Of a stretch of DNA of 64,000 bases, positions 44,091 through 61,424 are shown piece by piece (positions within the stretch are counted from its first letter, which is position 1; each line of letters opens with the position of its first letter). The notes under the pieces were generated by a model. It saw nothing but the letters and a program-made list of their open reading frames with translations. It searched no databases and was not told where the DNA came from. The translations under genes were made by a program, and so were the position numbers. Source of the DNA: Octopus vulgaris (lineage: Eukaryota); the NCBI GenBank assembly GCA_951406725.2, contig OX597821.1, positions 84,940,001 through 85,004,000 on the forward strand, read 5' to 3'.

Positions 44091-44755
44091 CACGTACACA
44101 CAACTACACGCACATACACACACGCACGCGCATAAATGCACAAAACGCACAAAAATGCACATATACCTCCACACACAACCCCTCTTTCACACACACATAT
44201 ACACACGCACAAACATACACACACATTTCCACACACGCACATACACTCACACGTACACACACATATACACACGCACACACACACACACACATTTCCACAC
44301 ACGCACATACACTCACACGTACACACACATATACACACGCACACACATTCACACACGCACACGCATATGAACTCATACATACTTCCAACACACAAAACAC
44401 ACACTCATATTTACATACACGCACATACACGCACACACACGCACACGCACATACACAGAGGAACGCACATATGTTCCACACACAACCCCACACTAACCCC
44501 ACGCACACATACATACACGCACATACACACAAACTTACACACACAGACGCACGCACACACTACACACAAACACACACGACATGTATATATACGCATATAC
44601 ACACTAGTCAAAGTGCCAGTCAAACACCTTCTTACTGACCATTCTTAAGAGAAACACAACTACATAAAAGACTTCCACTTCTGCAACTGAATTCTTCCTA
44701 CAACATTAAGCCACACAAATTTCACTCAAACACACACATATAAACAGCTAAAACC

Positions 44756-44979
44756 TATTTCTTTACTACCCACAAGGGGCTAAACACAGGGAGGACAAAC
44801 AAGGACAGACAAGCGGATTAAGTCGATTACATCGATCCCCAGTGCGTAACTGGTACTTATTTAATCGACCCCGAAAGGATGAAAGGCAAAGTCGACCTCG
44901 GCGGAATTTGAACTCAGAACGTAACGGCAGACGAAATACCTCTAAGCATTTCGCCCGGCGTGCTAACGATTCTGCCAGC
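44756..44979 (-). mobile_element. SINE family B with 15-bp target-site duplication
   Basis: TAAACAGCTAAAACC at 44741-44755 and 44980-44994. Confidence 0.9.
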
Positions 44980-45342
44980 TAAACAGCTAAAACCACACAC
45001 ACACACACCACACGCACACAACACATACAGACATACGCACACACACGTGCTATTACACATACACACACATATCTCCTTCTCTTACACTCTCCTGTCTTAG
45101 AAAGAACGTTTTCTTCACCCATTCCCTTCCAGTCATTTCAAAATGTAACCACATATGAATCGCTGGCGATTTTCTTTCTCCGTCTTCCCTTCTATTGGAC
45201 TTTCCCTCTGTTTCCGAAGAAGAGCGTTGGCTCGAAACGGTAAACCATCTGTCTTTCCTTCCATGAGCGTCTGCTAATGCTTTATATGTTCCACGTCCCT
45301 GCGTTGTTGTTGTTGTTTTCTGTTTGTTTTTTTTTTTGCATT

Positions 45343-45379
<37 letters not shown>

Positions 45380-45385
<6 letters not shown>

Positions 45386-45630
45386 CCGGAGTAAACACAT
45401 AAATATGAAACAAGGTGGAAAAAAGAGTACTCAAATACCAGTGGTAGAGTAATATGCTTTATTTAAAGCAGTAGAAAATTCAACAACATCTGTTACTCTG
45501 AGTTTCCCGTTGCCGTTCATCGGACAGTTTTTGCTAGCAAAAAGTGTTTTGCTATCAAGAACTGTCCGATGAACGGCAACGGGAAACTCAGAGTAACAGG
45601 TTTTGTTGAATTTTCTGCTGCTTTAAATAA
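45380..45630. mobile_element. Fold-back pLTR remnant with two inverted hammerhead-like copies
   Basis: 45459-45535 inverted at 45558-45630; core reads CCGATGA..GAAAC TCAGA GTA. Confidence 0.7.
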
Positions 45631-45631
45631 C

Positions 45632-47178
<1,547 letters not shown>

Positions 47179-47249
47179 ACGACGGGCTTCTTTCAGTTTC
47201 CGTCTACCAAATCCACTCACAAGGCTTTGGTCGGCCCAAGTCTATATAG

Positions 47250-47650
47250 TAACTAAAAGATTTTAAACTTTGTATACTGGTAGAATGTGTTTATAAAACA
47301 TCTTTTTCTCTTGGCTTTATTGAGAAAATTCTACAGTTTGTAAGATATTTGCTGTTTCTTTTTCTTCAATTTCTGCAATTTCAACCAATCAATGACGTCT
47401 TTTGAGGTAAAAAAAACATTCTGTGCCGTATGAATATGTCCCTCGTTTAAGAAACAGATTGGGTTTATTTACATTTGTGAAGAACAAAAGATACCCTTCC
47501 CCCACCCCTAACCCTAACCCTAACTAACCCTAAGTAACCCTAACCCTAAAGCAGATTGAAATGCAATAGATCGATACTAGGGTCATAATTATGGGTGACA
47601 ATTTCATATGACACCGCTAGAAAAAACTGCCGTTCAAACCGAAAAGATCC
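47250..47650. mobile_element. Merlin-type MITE, truncated copy
   Basis: Inverted paralog of 51328-51739; one TIR plus flank GGTAAGGG. Confidence 0.75.
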
Positions 47651-47950
47651 GGTAAGGGCTTATGTAGATGTGTTTGAAGGTTTACTATACACAAGTGTGT
47701 ATTATACGTGCATGAATGGGAGGAAACTTGTTTAAAGAACTTTGATGGAAGATTTATTTTTATTTAAATCACTTTAAAATAGCAAGTACTTATAGAATCA
47801 GGGGCAGTCCCAGACGGTTAGGCATCGAAAGAGTTAAGACTGCTGGGTGTTTATACTTGAAAGCAAAAGTACTTTCTTCTCGGTCTGAGAAAAATATCAT
47901 TCGAGTGTATCTGATGACATCCACATATTTTGTTGCGTGCCGGGAAAGGG

Positions 47951-48381
47951 TTTACTCTTTACTCTTTACTCTTTTTTGGTTGTTTCAGTCATTTGACTGT
48001 GGCCATGCTGGAGCACCGCATTTAGTTGAGCAACTCGACCCTCCAGTACTTATTCTTTGGAAGCTAAATACTTATTCTATCGGGTACTTTTGCCGAACCG
48101 CTAAATTACGGGGACGTAAATACACCACCATCGGTTGTCAAGCGATGTTGGGGGGACAAACACAGACACACAAACATATACACACATATACACATATATA
48201 TGTATATATACACATATATACGATGGGCTTCTTTCAATTTCCGTCTACCAAATCCACTCACAAGGCTTTGGTCGGCCCGAGGCTATAGTAGAAGACACTT
48301 GCCCAAGGTGCCACGCAGTGGGACTGAACCTGGAACCATGTGGTTGGTAAGCAAGCTACTTACCACACAACCACTCCTGCG
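47951..48381 (-). mobile_element. SINE family A, full length
   Basis: Match to family A. Confidence 0.9.
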
Positions 48382-49437
48382 CGTAAGTCAGGTACAAAAA
48401 AAAGCACACTTTAAAAGATTTGAGCAACTACACTTTTATATAGCCGAGTAATATATTCCCGATTATAGCATAGAACCGGTCAGACATGGAGGCCGGAAAC
48501 CTACACATACATCTACGCACGCACGCACACGCACACACACACACACACACACACGCACACACACGCCCGCACACACGCCCGCACACACATGCACTCCCAC
48601 AACGAACGCGATCATTTTTCTTATACACTACCCCATCTCGTTATTACTTAAAGCGAGAGCCTCCACGTGATCGTCCAATTTGCTAGAAACAACAGCTAAA
48701 CGTTAATCAAATTCACACCTTACCTTCTTAGATACACTTTAATTCAAAAAGATAAACTTACGGTTATAAGTCACACACCCACCGTCGTAAACAAGGACAT
48801 AAAAAATGGTGAATTGCATAATATAATCCAACACAACGCTAAACAACTGAATGGTCACGGCTGGAATGCTTTTGATTATGGGTCTATTCTATCAGAGTTG
48901 ATTCAGGGTTAATCAATAACAGAAGCAACCGTGACAGAAACAACAAATGTATACAAATTTGCTAAACTGCAGAAAAAGAGTAGAACATGTCTTAGGTACA
49001 GGCGAAGCTATCTGGGAGGAGTGGTCTCCCCAATCGACGCATTTATGGGGGCGGCACTTTCAGGTTTATTTTTATAAGTCTGTATCGAAATGGGCGGTGT
49101 TGGTGGTGGTGGGGTGCGGATCACACGTTCTTAGCTATGTCACTGTGTTCAAACTGTTATACAACAATCAATACATTTAACGAATGCATTTCGGAATGCG
49201 CAGTCTGGTCTTCAGCTGAGCGGAACAATGCGTCTGCTCAATCAGAGATTGCCCAGGCGGTACACAACAACGTCAGCAACAAGGCGACGATGACGTATAT
49301 ACGTATATTAATATGTAATAATACATACATACATACATACATACATACATACATACATACATACGTACGTATGTATGTATGTATGTGTGTATGTATATAT
49401 ATATGTATGCATGTATGTATGCATGTATGTATGTATG

Positions 49438-49484
<47 letters not shown>

Positions 49485-49573
49485 CCCCTCTATTAGACTA
49501 TTTTCCTTAGTCATTGCACGGTTATCACCTCAAGCTTTAAGCTTAAATAAAAATAACATTATTATTATTTACA

Positions 49574-49650
<77 letters not shown>

Positions 49651-49909
49651 AAATTTACAGAAAAAGAAAAGACGAAGACAGGTGTATGAACAACAAGCTG
49701 GTGTATTAGTTTAACGCTCGGGAAAGTGAGAAACTTTTTTTTATGTTTCGCGCCTACGCTTTTCAACTGAAAGGAATATGAGGAAATAAATCTAGAGAGA
49801 ATAAAGGAAAAAACTTGTGGATTTAGCGATCAGCCATGGCAACTGGTTGGGAAAAATAGTTTAGCAGGAGAGTTAGGAAGTACTGGTGATCCCAAAACAA
49901 AGGTGTGCA

Positions 49910-50007
<98 letters not shown>

Positions 50008-50019
50008 TTCTAGCAAAAA

Positions 50020-50057
50020 CTGTCTGATGAACGGCAACGAGAAACTCAGAGTAACAG
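50020..50057 (+). ncRNA. Type I hammerhead ribozyme motif
   Basis: CTGT CTGATGA a CG gcaa CG a GAAAC TCAGA GTA ACAG; short stem II. Confidence 0.6.
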
Positions 50058-50352
50058 ATTTTGTTGAATTTTCTGCTGCTTTAAATAAAAGTATATATAT
50101 ATATATACATTTAAAGTATTAGCAGACGCTCAGGGAAGGAAAGACAGATGGTTTAACGTTTCGAGCCGACGCTCTTCTTCGGAAACAGAGGGAAATCCAA
50201 TAGAAGGGAAGACGGAGAAAGAAAATCACCAACGATTCATATGTGGTTACATTTTGAAATGACCGGAAGGGAATGGGTGAAGAAAACGTTCTTTCTAAGA
50301 CAGGAGAGTGTATGAGAAGGAGGTATGTGTGTGTATGTGTGTGCGCGCAAGT

Positions 50353-50383
<31 letters not shown>

Positions 50384-51327
50384 TGTGTGTGTGTGTGTGT
50401 GTGTAATAGCACATGTGTGTGCATATGTGTGTATGTGTTGTGTGTATGGTGTGTGTGTGGGTTTAGCTGTTTATATGTGTATGTTTGAGTGAAATTTGTG
50501 TGGCTTAACGTTGTAGGAAGAATTCAGTTGCAGAAGTGGAAGTCTTTTATGTAGTTGTGTTTCTCTTAAGAATGGTCAGTAAGAAGGTGTTTGACTGGCA
50601 CTTTGACTAGTGTGTATATACGTATATATATATGTTGTGTGTGTATGTGTTTTGTGTGTAGTGTATGCATACGTCTGCGTGTGTGCGTCTGCGTGTGTAT
50701 GTGCGTGTATGTATGTGTGCGTGGGGTTGGTGTGGGATTGTGTGTGTGGAACATTTGTGCTTTCCTCTGTTTATGTGTGTGTGCGTTTGCGTGTGTGTGC
50801 ATATATGTGCGTGTGTGTATATGCCCATGTATGTGTAATTGCGCGTATGTAAATATGAGTGTGTGTTTTGTGTGTTGGAGGTATGTCTGAGTTCATATGC
50901 GTGTGCATAAGTACTAAGCTTCCAAAGAATAAGTCCTGGGGTCGATTTGCTCAACTAAATGCGGTGCTCCAGCATGGCCACAGTCAAATGACTGAAACAA
51001 CCAAAAAAGAGTAAAGAGTAAAGAGTAAACCCTTTCCCGGCACGCAACAAAATCTGTGGATGTCATCAGATACACTCGAATGATATTTTTCTCAGACCTA
51101 GAACAAGTACTTTTGCTTTCAAGTATAAACACCCAGCAGTCTTAACTCTTTCGATGCCTAACCGTCTGGGACTGCCCCTGATTCTATAAGTACTTGCTAT
51201 TTTAAAGCGATTTAAATAAAAAAAATCTTCCATCAAAGTGCTATAAACAAGTTTCCTCCCATTCATGCTCGTATAATACACACTTGTGTATAGTAAACCT
51301 TCAAACACATCTACATAACCTCTTACC

Positions 51328-51783
51328 GGATCTTTTCGGTTTGAACGGCAGTTTTTTCTAGCGGTGTCATATGAAATTGTCACCCATAATTATGACCCTA
51401 GTATCGATCTATTGCATTTCAATCTGTTTTAGGGTTAGGGTTACTTAGGGTTAGTTAGGGTTAGGGTTAGGGTTAGGGTTAGGGGTGGGGGAAGGGTATC
51501 TTTTGTTCTTCACAAATGTAAATAAACCCAATCTGTTTCTTAAACGAGGGACATATTCATACGGCACAGAATGTTTTTTTACCTCAAAAGACGTCATTGA
51601 TTGGTTGAAATTGCAGAAATTGAAGAAAAAGAAACAGCAAATATCTTACAAACTGTAGAATTTTCTCAATAAAGCCAAGAGAAAAAGATGTTTTATAAAC
51701 ACATTCTACCAGTATACGAAGTTTAAAATTTTTTAGTTACCTAGAAATTATGTTAAAAACTGCCGTTCAAACCGAAAAGATCC
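51328..51783. mobile_element. Merlin-type MITE with internal TTAGGG repeats
   Basis: TIR GGATCTTTTCGGTTTGAACGGCAGTTTTT; 8-bp TSD CYCTTACC; GG termini plus 8-bp TSD fit Merlin. Confidence 0.8.
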
Positions 51784-51935
51784 CCCTTACCTTCAGAAAA
51801 CAGACTCATTAATTGTTCTTAATACATATATGTAGATACATATTTTAAAAAATAAAATGAGACATGGTGCTAACATATGCTGGAATTGTCACACTTATAT
51901 AAAACACGTTGTACATTTTCGTAATGTTCATAAAC

Positions 51936-52170
51936 AGGGATCTGGGATTTGTATCCTTTCAAAATAACTGTAAAACGAAATCTGTTGGGGTCTAAATTAG
52001 AGAATTCACAAATAGGGATCTGGGATTTGTATCCTTTCAAAATAACTATAAAACGAAATCTGTTGGAGTCTAAATTAGAGAATTCACAAATAGGGATCTG
52101 GGATTTGTATCCTTTCAAAATAACTGTAAAACGAAATCTGTTGGAGTCTAAATTAGAGAATTCACAAATA
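51936..52170 (+). repeat. 78-bp tandem repeat x3
   Basis: AGGGATCTGGGATTTG.. at 51936, 52014 and 52092. Confidence 0.95.
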
Positions 52171-52407
52171 ATTTATTGTGTGCGTTTATCTGTATGAGTG
52201 TTTGCACGCGCGTTCGCTTGTGTGTGTGCACGCACGCGTGACGGGTGTAATGTTTTGTTGTTACTTTTGCTGTTGTTATTATGGCTGTTTTCGCTCCTGG
52301 TCAATCTTAACTGCATACATCAAATATCTCTTCGATTAAAATGATTCCAAACATGACCTTCGTGTTTCTTTTGCGTGGGTGTGGAATGGATATGTGGGAC
52401 TACATTG

Positions 52408-52703
52408 GGAGATCTTTTCACTTTGACCGGCAGATTTTTAAAATAATTTCTTTATTAACTAAACACTTTTAAACTTCGTATACTGGTAGAATGTGTTACA
52501 TAAAACATCTTTTTCTTCTCTTGGCTTTCTTGAGAAAATTATGTAGTTTGTAAGCTATTTCTTGTTTAATTTCTTGCATTTAGGCAATTTCAACCAATCA
52601 ATGACGTCTATTGAGGTGAATACAATTTCAGTATACGAAGTTTAAAAGTGTTTAGTTACAAAGAAATTATTTTAAAAATCTGCCGGTCAAAGTGAAAAGA
52701 TCC
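52408..52703. mobile_element. Related Merlin-type MITE with long TIRs
   Basis: ~75-bp TIRs; 8-bp TSD CTACATTG at 52400-52407 and 52704-52711. Confidence 0.85.
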
Positions 52704-53182
52704 CTACATTGTCTAATGTGTGCCCTTCCATTTTTTGAAGCTAATGGAGTGTGATTTTTTTTTTTTCAAATAAAATTTTGCTGCTATTTCTTGCATTTTC
52801 GAGTGATCACGTCGTCTTTGCGCGTGCGCGCGCGTGTGTATGTGTCTGTATCTGATATGCGTGTGTGTCTAATGTGTGTACACGTATGGGTGTGCGTCTG
52901 TTGTGTGAATGTGTGCGCCTGTTGTGTGAATGTGTGCGCGCATCCAGTTTGTGTGTGTATGTGTGTGCGTGTGTGTGTGCTGAGCGTGTCACAGCACAGC
53001 AAGTGGTCCCCACGCTGAAAAGCTGCGAGAGGGGCAATAAATGAGAGATCAGACATTGCTTGTATATTTAAAGAATGTTACATCATCTCTTATTTTAAAA
53101 TAACCTTATTCAAGACTTAACAACAGAAATGTAACAAAGAAAAAAACCTCCAACTTATTTGACAGTTGTCGTTCTTTTTGTA

Positions 53183-53183
<1 letters not shown>

Positions 53184-53225
<42 letters not shown>

Positions 53226-53305
53226 ATACTACTACTACTAATACTACTGTTGCTGCTGCTCCTGTTGCTACTACTACTACTGCTGCTGCTGCTGCTACTA
53301 CTACT

Positions 53306-53377
<72 letters not shown>

Positions 53378-53390
53378 GCTACTGCTGCTG

Positions 53391-53439
<49 letters not shown>
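53184..53439 (+). repeat. (CTA)n/(CTG)n microsatellite
   Basis: Direct inspection. Confidence 0.95.
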
Positions 53440-54244
53440 GGTTTGAACGGGATGTCATGCCAGCTGTCGTAATAGAGTCTTGAGTGCCAGCTCATACAAA
53501 AATGGATGTGAGACGACGCCCTAGGCAGAAATGACGACACCCTTGACAGAAGGGATTCGAAACGGTTTCGATTTACTTTTGCTTCTGAGTAGATTCCACT
53601 GTGCACTGCAGTGTTTCATCCTCTGAAGACGGAGCCGAGACCGGTTGCTTTAAGGGCAGCTTCCAAGTAACGAAAGTCGCATCGGAAGTTTTAGTAAGAA
53701 TTTGATCCAGACTGATTAGATACCTGCCATATCCAGACGTGGTGCCTTAGCTTTGACAACACAACTTTCGTGTTTCGCATTAAAGAAGCGGCCAACAACC
53801 ATTCTCCCCCGCTTTCACATCGGTTGTCATGCCTTGCCTAATTTCCTTCTCGAATTTACTTGCTAATTCTTCTCTAATCTATTTGATTCTATCGCTTGTT
53901 TCTTGCTAAAATCTGACGCCCTTCCCCCACATACACACAAACACACACACCTGCACATTACTACCACCGACAGCAACATTTGCCTCTTTTCAATTTCTCC
54001 TGCCAATCGTCACTTAACTGATATACTAATCCGATCCTTGTAGGCTTCTGTTCGGTAGTCATATGAAACGGTCACCTCCCGGAACCACTCAGCATCGACA
54101 GCTCAGTCCATAAGAATATCCCTCTCTCCTCAATTATGTGTTTTGGCTCTGGAATATATTATGGAGGATGGAGAATTTGTGAAACATCCAGCTTAAACTG
54201 GGTCAGAAGCGAGTTGTGTCTGCATACACGAACGACATCACTGT

Positions 54245-55787
54245 AATGGTGTCGGACACTTTGGATATAGAAGCGGTCGACACAAAGACTGAATGGTGTC
54301 GGACACTTTGGATATAGAAGCGGTCGACACAAAGACTGAATGGTGTCGGACACTTTGGATATAGAAGCGGTCGACACAAAGACTGAATGGTGTCGGACAC
54401 TTTGGATATAGAAGCGATCGACACAAAGACTGAATGGTGTCGGACACTTTGGATATAGAAGCGATCGACACAAAGACTGAATGGTGTCGGACACTTTGGA
54501 TATAGAAGCGGTCGACACAAAGACTGAATGGTGTCGGACACTTTGGATATAGAAGCGGTCGACACAAAGACTGAATGGTGTCGGACACTTTGGATATAGA
54601 AGCGGTCGACACAAAGACTGAATGGTGTCGGACACTTTGGATATAGAAGCGGTCGACACAAAGACTGAATGGTGTCGGACACTTTGGATATAGAAGCGGT
54701 CGACACAAAGACTGAATGGTGTCGGACACTTTGGATATAGAAGCGGTCGACACAAAGACTGAATGGTGTCGGACACTTTGGATATAGAAGCGATCGACAC
54801 AAAGACTGAATGGTGTCGGACACTTTGGATATAGAAGCGATCGACACAAAGACTGAATGGTGTCGGACACTTTGGATATAGAAGCGGTCGACACAAAGAC
54901 TGAATGGTGTCGGACACTTTGGATATAGAAGCGGTCGACACAAAGACTGAATGGTGTCGGACACTTTGGATATAGAAGCGGTCGACACAAAGACTGAATG
55001 GTGTCGGACACTTTGGATATAGAAGCGGTCGACACAAAGACTGAATGGTGTCGGACACTTTGGATATAGAAGCGGTCGACACAAAGACTGAATGGTGTCG
55101 GACACTTTGGATATAGAAGCGGTCGACACAAAGACTGAATGGTGTCGGACACTTTGGATATAGAAGCGATCGACACAAAGACTGAATGGTGTCGGACACT
55201 TTGGATATAGAAGCGGTCGACACAAAGACTGAATGGTGTCGGACACTTTGGATATAGAAGCGGTCGACACAAAGACTGAATGGTGTCGGACACTTTGGAT
55301 ATAGAAGCGGTCGACACAAAGACTGAATGGTGTCGGACACTTTGGATATAGAAGCGGTCGACACAAAGACTGAATGGTGTCGGACACTTTGGATATAGAA
55401 GCGATCGACACAAAGACTGAATGGTGTCGGACACTTTGGATATAGAAGCGGTCGACACAAAGACTGAATGGTGTCGGACACTTTGGATATAGAAGCGATC
55501 GACACAAAGACTGAATGGTGTCGGACACTTTGGATATAGAAGCGGTCGACACAAAGACTGAATGGTGTCGGACACTTTGGATATAGAAGCGGTCGACACA
55601 AAGACTGAATGGTGTCGGACACTTTGGATATAGAAGCGGTCGACACAAAGACTGAATGGTGTCGGACACTTTGGATATAGAAGCGGTCGACACAAAGACT
55701 GAATGGTGTCGGACACTTTGGATATAGAAGCGGTCGACACAAAGACTGAATGGTGTCGGACACTTTGGATATAGAAGCGGTCGACAC
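54245..55787 (+). repeat. 47-bp minisatellite, ~33 copies
   Basis: Unit AATGGTGTCGGACACTTTGGATATAGAAGCGRTCGACACAAAGACTG; one variable site. Confidence 0.98.
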
Positions 55788-57457
55788 GGTACTGGAAGAA
55801 GCCCAGGTATGTACAGGAGCATACATAAACCGGGACAAGTCGATATGCTTGCAGCAAAACATATGAAGAGGCAAGTCCAGATTGGCCAGCAGTGATTTCT
55901 ATCGCTTAACTGAAGGCCCGCCAAAAGTGCTTGGAGCACGGTACAGATCAAACCTCCGAGTGGAAAGGAACTAATAAGAGGTCGCGAATAGAGTGACCCA
56001 TCTCACTCAGGAATGTGTTGATAAGTAACTTTCCCGGAAAGGTCAGGCGGAAGTAATTAATGTATACATTGCCTCGGCAGCGTACTACCGCTTAACCGTC
56101 ACATCATGTCCCAAGAAATATCTGACAAGACTGGCACACATATTTTTCTACTTCTTATGGAAGAGACAGGTTCCGCTGGTCAGAAAATTCCTCTGCTGGG
56201 AATACTTACCCCGTGGTGGCCTTGGGATGATGCCGCTTCTGACGGCGCACCGATATGCTGTGATACTGACGAGCATATCTTGATCATGGTGAAAGAGCTG
56301 ACGACGTCGACGAAAATGAAGACGAACTGGTGTGGACGTCTTTCGTGCGACACGTCTTTCCACAGCCCATTTCCTTGACCAAGTTACAATCATGGGTCAA
56401 GCGTAGACCGAGATTGGATGTTTGGCATTTATAATGTTGTAGATATTCACAGAACTATACTAGTTGAACAAGGTCGGTGGCAGGAAAACAACGCTAGATT
56501 TCTGTAGAGTGTTAGGGTGATGATGGCCTGAGATTGACTTTGGGCATCGGAGAACAATCTGGGGAACTTTCAGGCTGGAGACTACGGACAACTTCTAAAA
56601 GTACTTGGCATAGCAGTTCTTATAGGTGGACTTTACCTGTTCGAGACAAGCTTTGCGAGCAAGTTAATACCAAACGTCAACCTATCTGCATGCATGCAGA
56701 GAGATGAACCCATTTAGTGTCTGCAAATTAGCTACTTGTGGACTTGTGTCGAACAGCTGCTGCCACGTGTAGGATGAATCCGTGTGTCTCACAAATCTAT
56801 TGTAAAGATCGATGTACTACCTTCCTTTGGCTGGGAAGGGAGGCAAATCTTCCGTCAGTTAGAGGCTGTGACGAAAAGGTTTATGTAGTGGACTCGTTTG
56901 AAAGGTTAAAAGCAGGCATTTTCCAATTTGGTCAAGCTCTCAACTTCTCCGAGTACCTCTTAAAAAGAAAGGTGAGGGTAAAAAGAGAAGTGCTGCCTTC
57001 TAGAATAGTATTTATAGAAAGGCCGATGAGAGTGGCAAGGCTGGTGAGTCTGAATGGACCTGCCTTGAGCATACTTTTCTAACTAAAAGGAAAGAAACTG
57101 GAAAAGAAGACTTTCAGTGCTTTGAAGGTGACAGGCTGCTTTGAGTGTGTGTGCGTGGGTGGTGTTCTCCGAATTACTCGACGTAGACTTCTTCGAAACA
57201 CCTGAGGTAGATTTCCCCAATATTGGAGATGATTTTCTTGCTAAAAATATTATTATGCAATAATCATTTTTTTCATTCAGAAGTAAGTGACTGACAACAG
57301 AAATGTGTTGTAACATGTACTAAAAGCTATGACTCAGCAAAAGTACATTATTAAAGAAATAGATTTAAAAATGTAGGTTGATAGGAAAGTAGATAGCAAC
57401 AGAAATACTGTGTATATGTAGGTGCATGGATGTGTCTATGTTCGTTTGTATGTATAC

Positions 57458-57489
<32 letters not shown>

Positions 57490-57689
57490 TATAGATAGAT
57501 AGATAGAAGCGAGAGAGCGTGCGTGGGTGTATGACGAAATGTGTGTATGAAAGTGTGAATGGGAAAGTAATATGAGATGAGGGAAGAGAGCAGGGGAGGG
57601 AGAAAGAGAGAAAAAAGAGAGCGATAAAGAAAGGGAGAGGGAGAAAGAGAGAGAGAGAAGGAGAGAAAAAAGAGAGAGATGTTCTTCAT

Positions 57690-59495
<1,806 letters not shown>

Positions 59496-60350
59496 ATATA
59501 TATATAAAAATGAAAGAAAAACGCAATAGTGGGACAAATAGACGATACAGAGGCGGACAAGAGAAACAACAATTAGAAGGACAGGCAAGAAAAGACGGGT
59601 CGGTCTTGGCTTTCTTTCATCAATCAAATCCCACGACCAATCAAAGTCACGACCATTTCGAGCAGTTACACTTGAGATGATTCGATCTGGTTGTCCCCAA
59701 AAAAGTCCAAGCTAAGAGCATTAGACCCCTTTGTAAGAGAGCTAGTGATTGTGTACGGCAACAAAAACAAAAAAACAAATAAACCCCCAAAAAAACGGAG
59801 AACATGGTACACAATTACGAATACAAACAACAAGAAATAACAACAGGCGTCTTTCGACTGAGAATGAATCAAATCGAGTGGAGTGTATGAACATGGGAGA
59901 TGGACATAAAGGCAGGAACATGGGAGATGGACATAAAAGGTGTTGGCAGTCAGCAGTCAGGCCAAGAAAGAAAGATCATGGCTGGCCGGACACCGGTCAC
60001 GTGCAAGGAGGAGAGATGGCTAGGGGACAGCAGGATCGAAGGATTAGAAAAAAATCAGAGAGAAAGGTGCAGGGGAGATAAACGAGTGGGAAATAGTGGG
60101 AGTTAAAGAAAGAGAGGGCCAAGAAATGTGAGAGAGGGGGTGTGAGAAAAAGGAAGGAAAATGAGAGGGGGAATAAAAGAAAGAGTAAAAGTGGTACAAA
60201 ATTTAGATACATACCTTCTATAAGGTGGGCACATGGTGGGCACATGGGTGTACGTACGCCGCTATATATATATATATATAATATATGTAAATATAAAACT
60301 GGAACAAAACGCAATAGAAAGCAATATATATATGTATCTATATGTGTATG

Positions 60351-60414
<64 letters not shown>

Positions 60415-60419
60415 AATGT

Positions 60420-60905
60420 ATGTATTTGTGTGTCTGTTTGTCCCCCACCGTCGCTTGACACCGATGTTGGTGAGCTTACGTCCCCGTGACTTTTAGCGGT
60501 TTGGCAAAAGACACCAGTAGAATAAGTACTAGGCATACAAAGAATAAGTCGGGTCGATTTGTTCGACTTAAGGCGGTGCTCCAGCATGGCCGCAATCAAA
60601 TGACTGAAAACAAGTAAAAAAATATATATATATTTATATAAATTTATACACACACACACATACACACACACACACACATATGTATATGGATGTATGTAAG
60701 TACGTGTCTTTTTGTTTGTCACCTATAACCTCTTAACAACTAGTATTGGTTTGCTTACTGCCCTGTAAAATAGCGGTTCGCCAAAAGTGATGATAGAATA
60801 AACAGGCTTTAAAAAGAAATAAATGCTGGAGTCGATACATTCGACTAAAATTCTTCAAAGTGGTGTCCCAGTATGGCTGCAATCCAGTGAGTGAAACAAA
60901 TAAAA
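60420..60905 (+). mobile_element. Two family A 3' halves
   Basis: Matches to family A tail, second copy diverged. Confidence 0.75.
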
Positions 60906-61243
60906 GGTTTAAGATGGTTCGGTGTAATTTAACGGAACATTAGCTGCTCTTTCTAGCATATAGAACGTGCTTGCACAGGCGCCCATAGATGGCATATTAT
61001 TAATAAAGTGTTTAAGGGCGGTAGTTTGGCATTGTCGGTAGAATGTCGAATAAAAATGCCTTGTGGTATTTAGTAGAACACACTTTACCCTTCAGAAATG
61101 TGGCCAACATGAAGGCTAAAAGAATGAAATAAAATGATATAAAATAAATGTCTGAAAATATAAACTGAAGGAATAGCGATAACAGAGAGAAGCCGTAAGA
61201 GAGGTCCACATAGTCGGAGGTGAGAATGGTGATGGTGGTGGTG

Positions 61244-61279
<36 letters not shown>

Positions 61280-61337
61280 GTTGAAGGGATTGTAGTGGTG
61301 ATGTTTGTAGAAGTAGCGGTGGATGTGATAGTGGTGG

Positions 61338-61413
<76 letters not shown>

Positions 61414-61424
61414 CATACATTATT

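Noticed and set aside
47508-47548. Telomere or chromosome fusion site
   Set aside because: CCCTAA repeats are internal to a TIR/TSD-bounded MITE
54245-55787. CRISPR-like array or repeat-protein gene
   Set aside because: No unique spacers, no cas genes, eukaryotic context; unit length is not a multiple of 3
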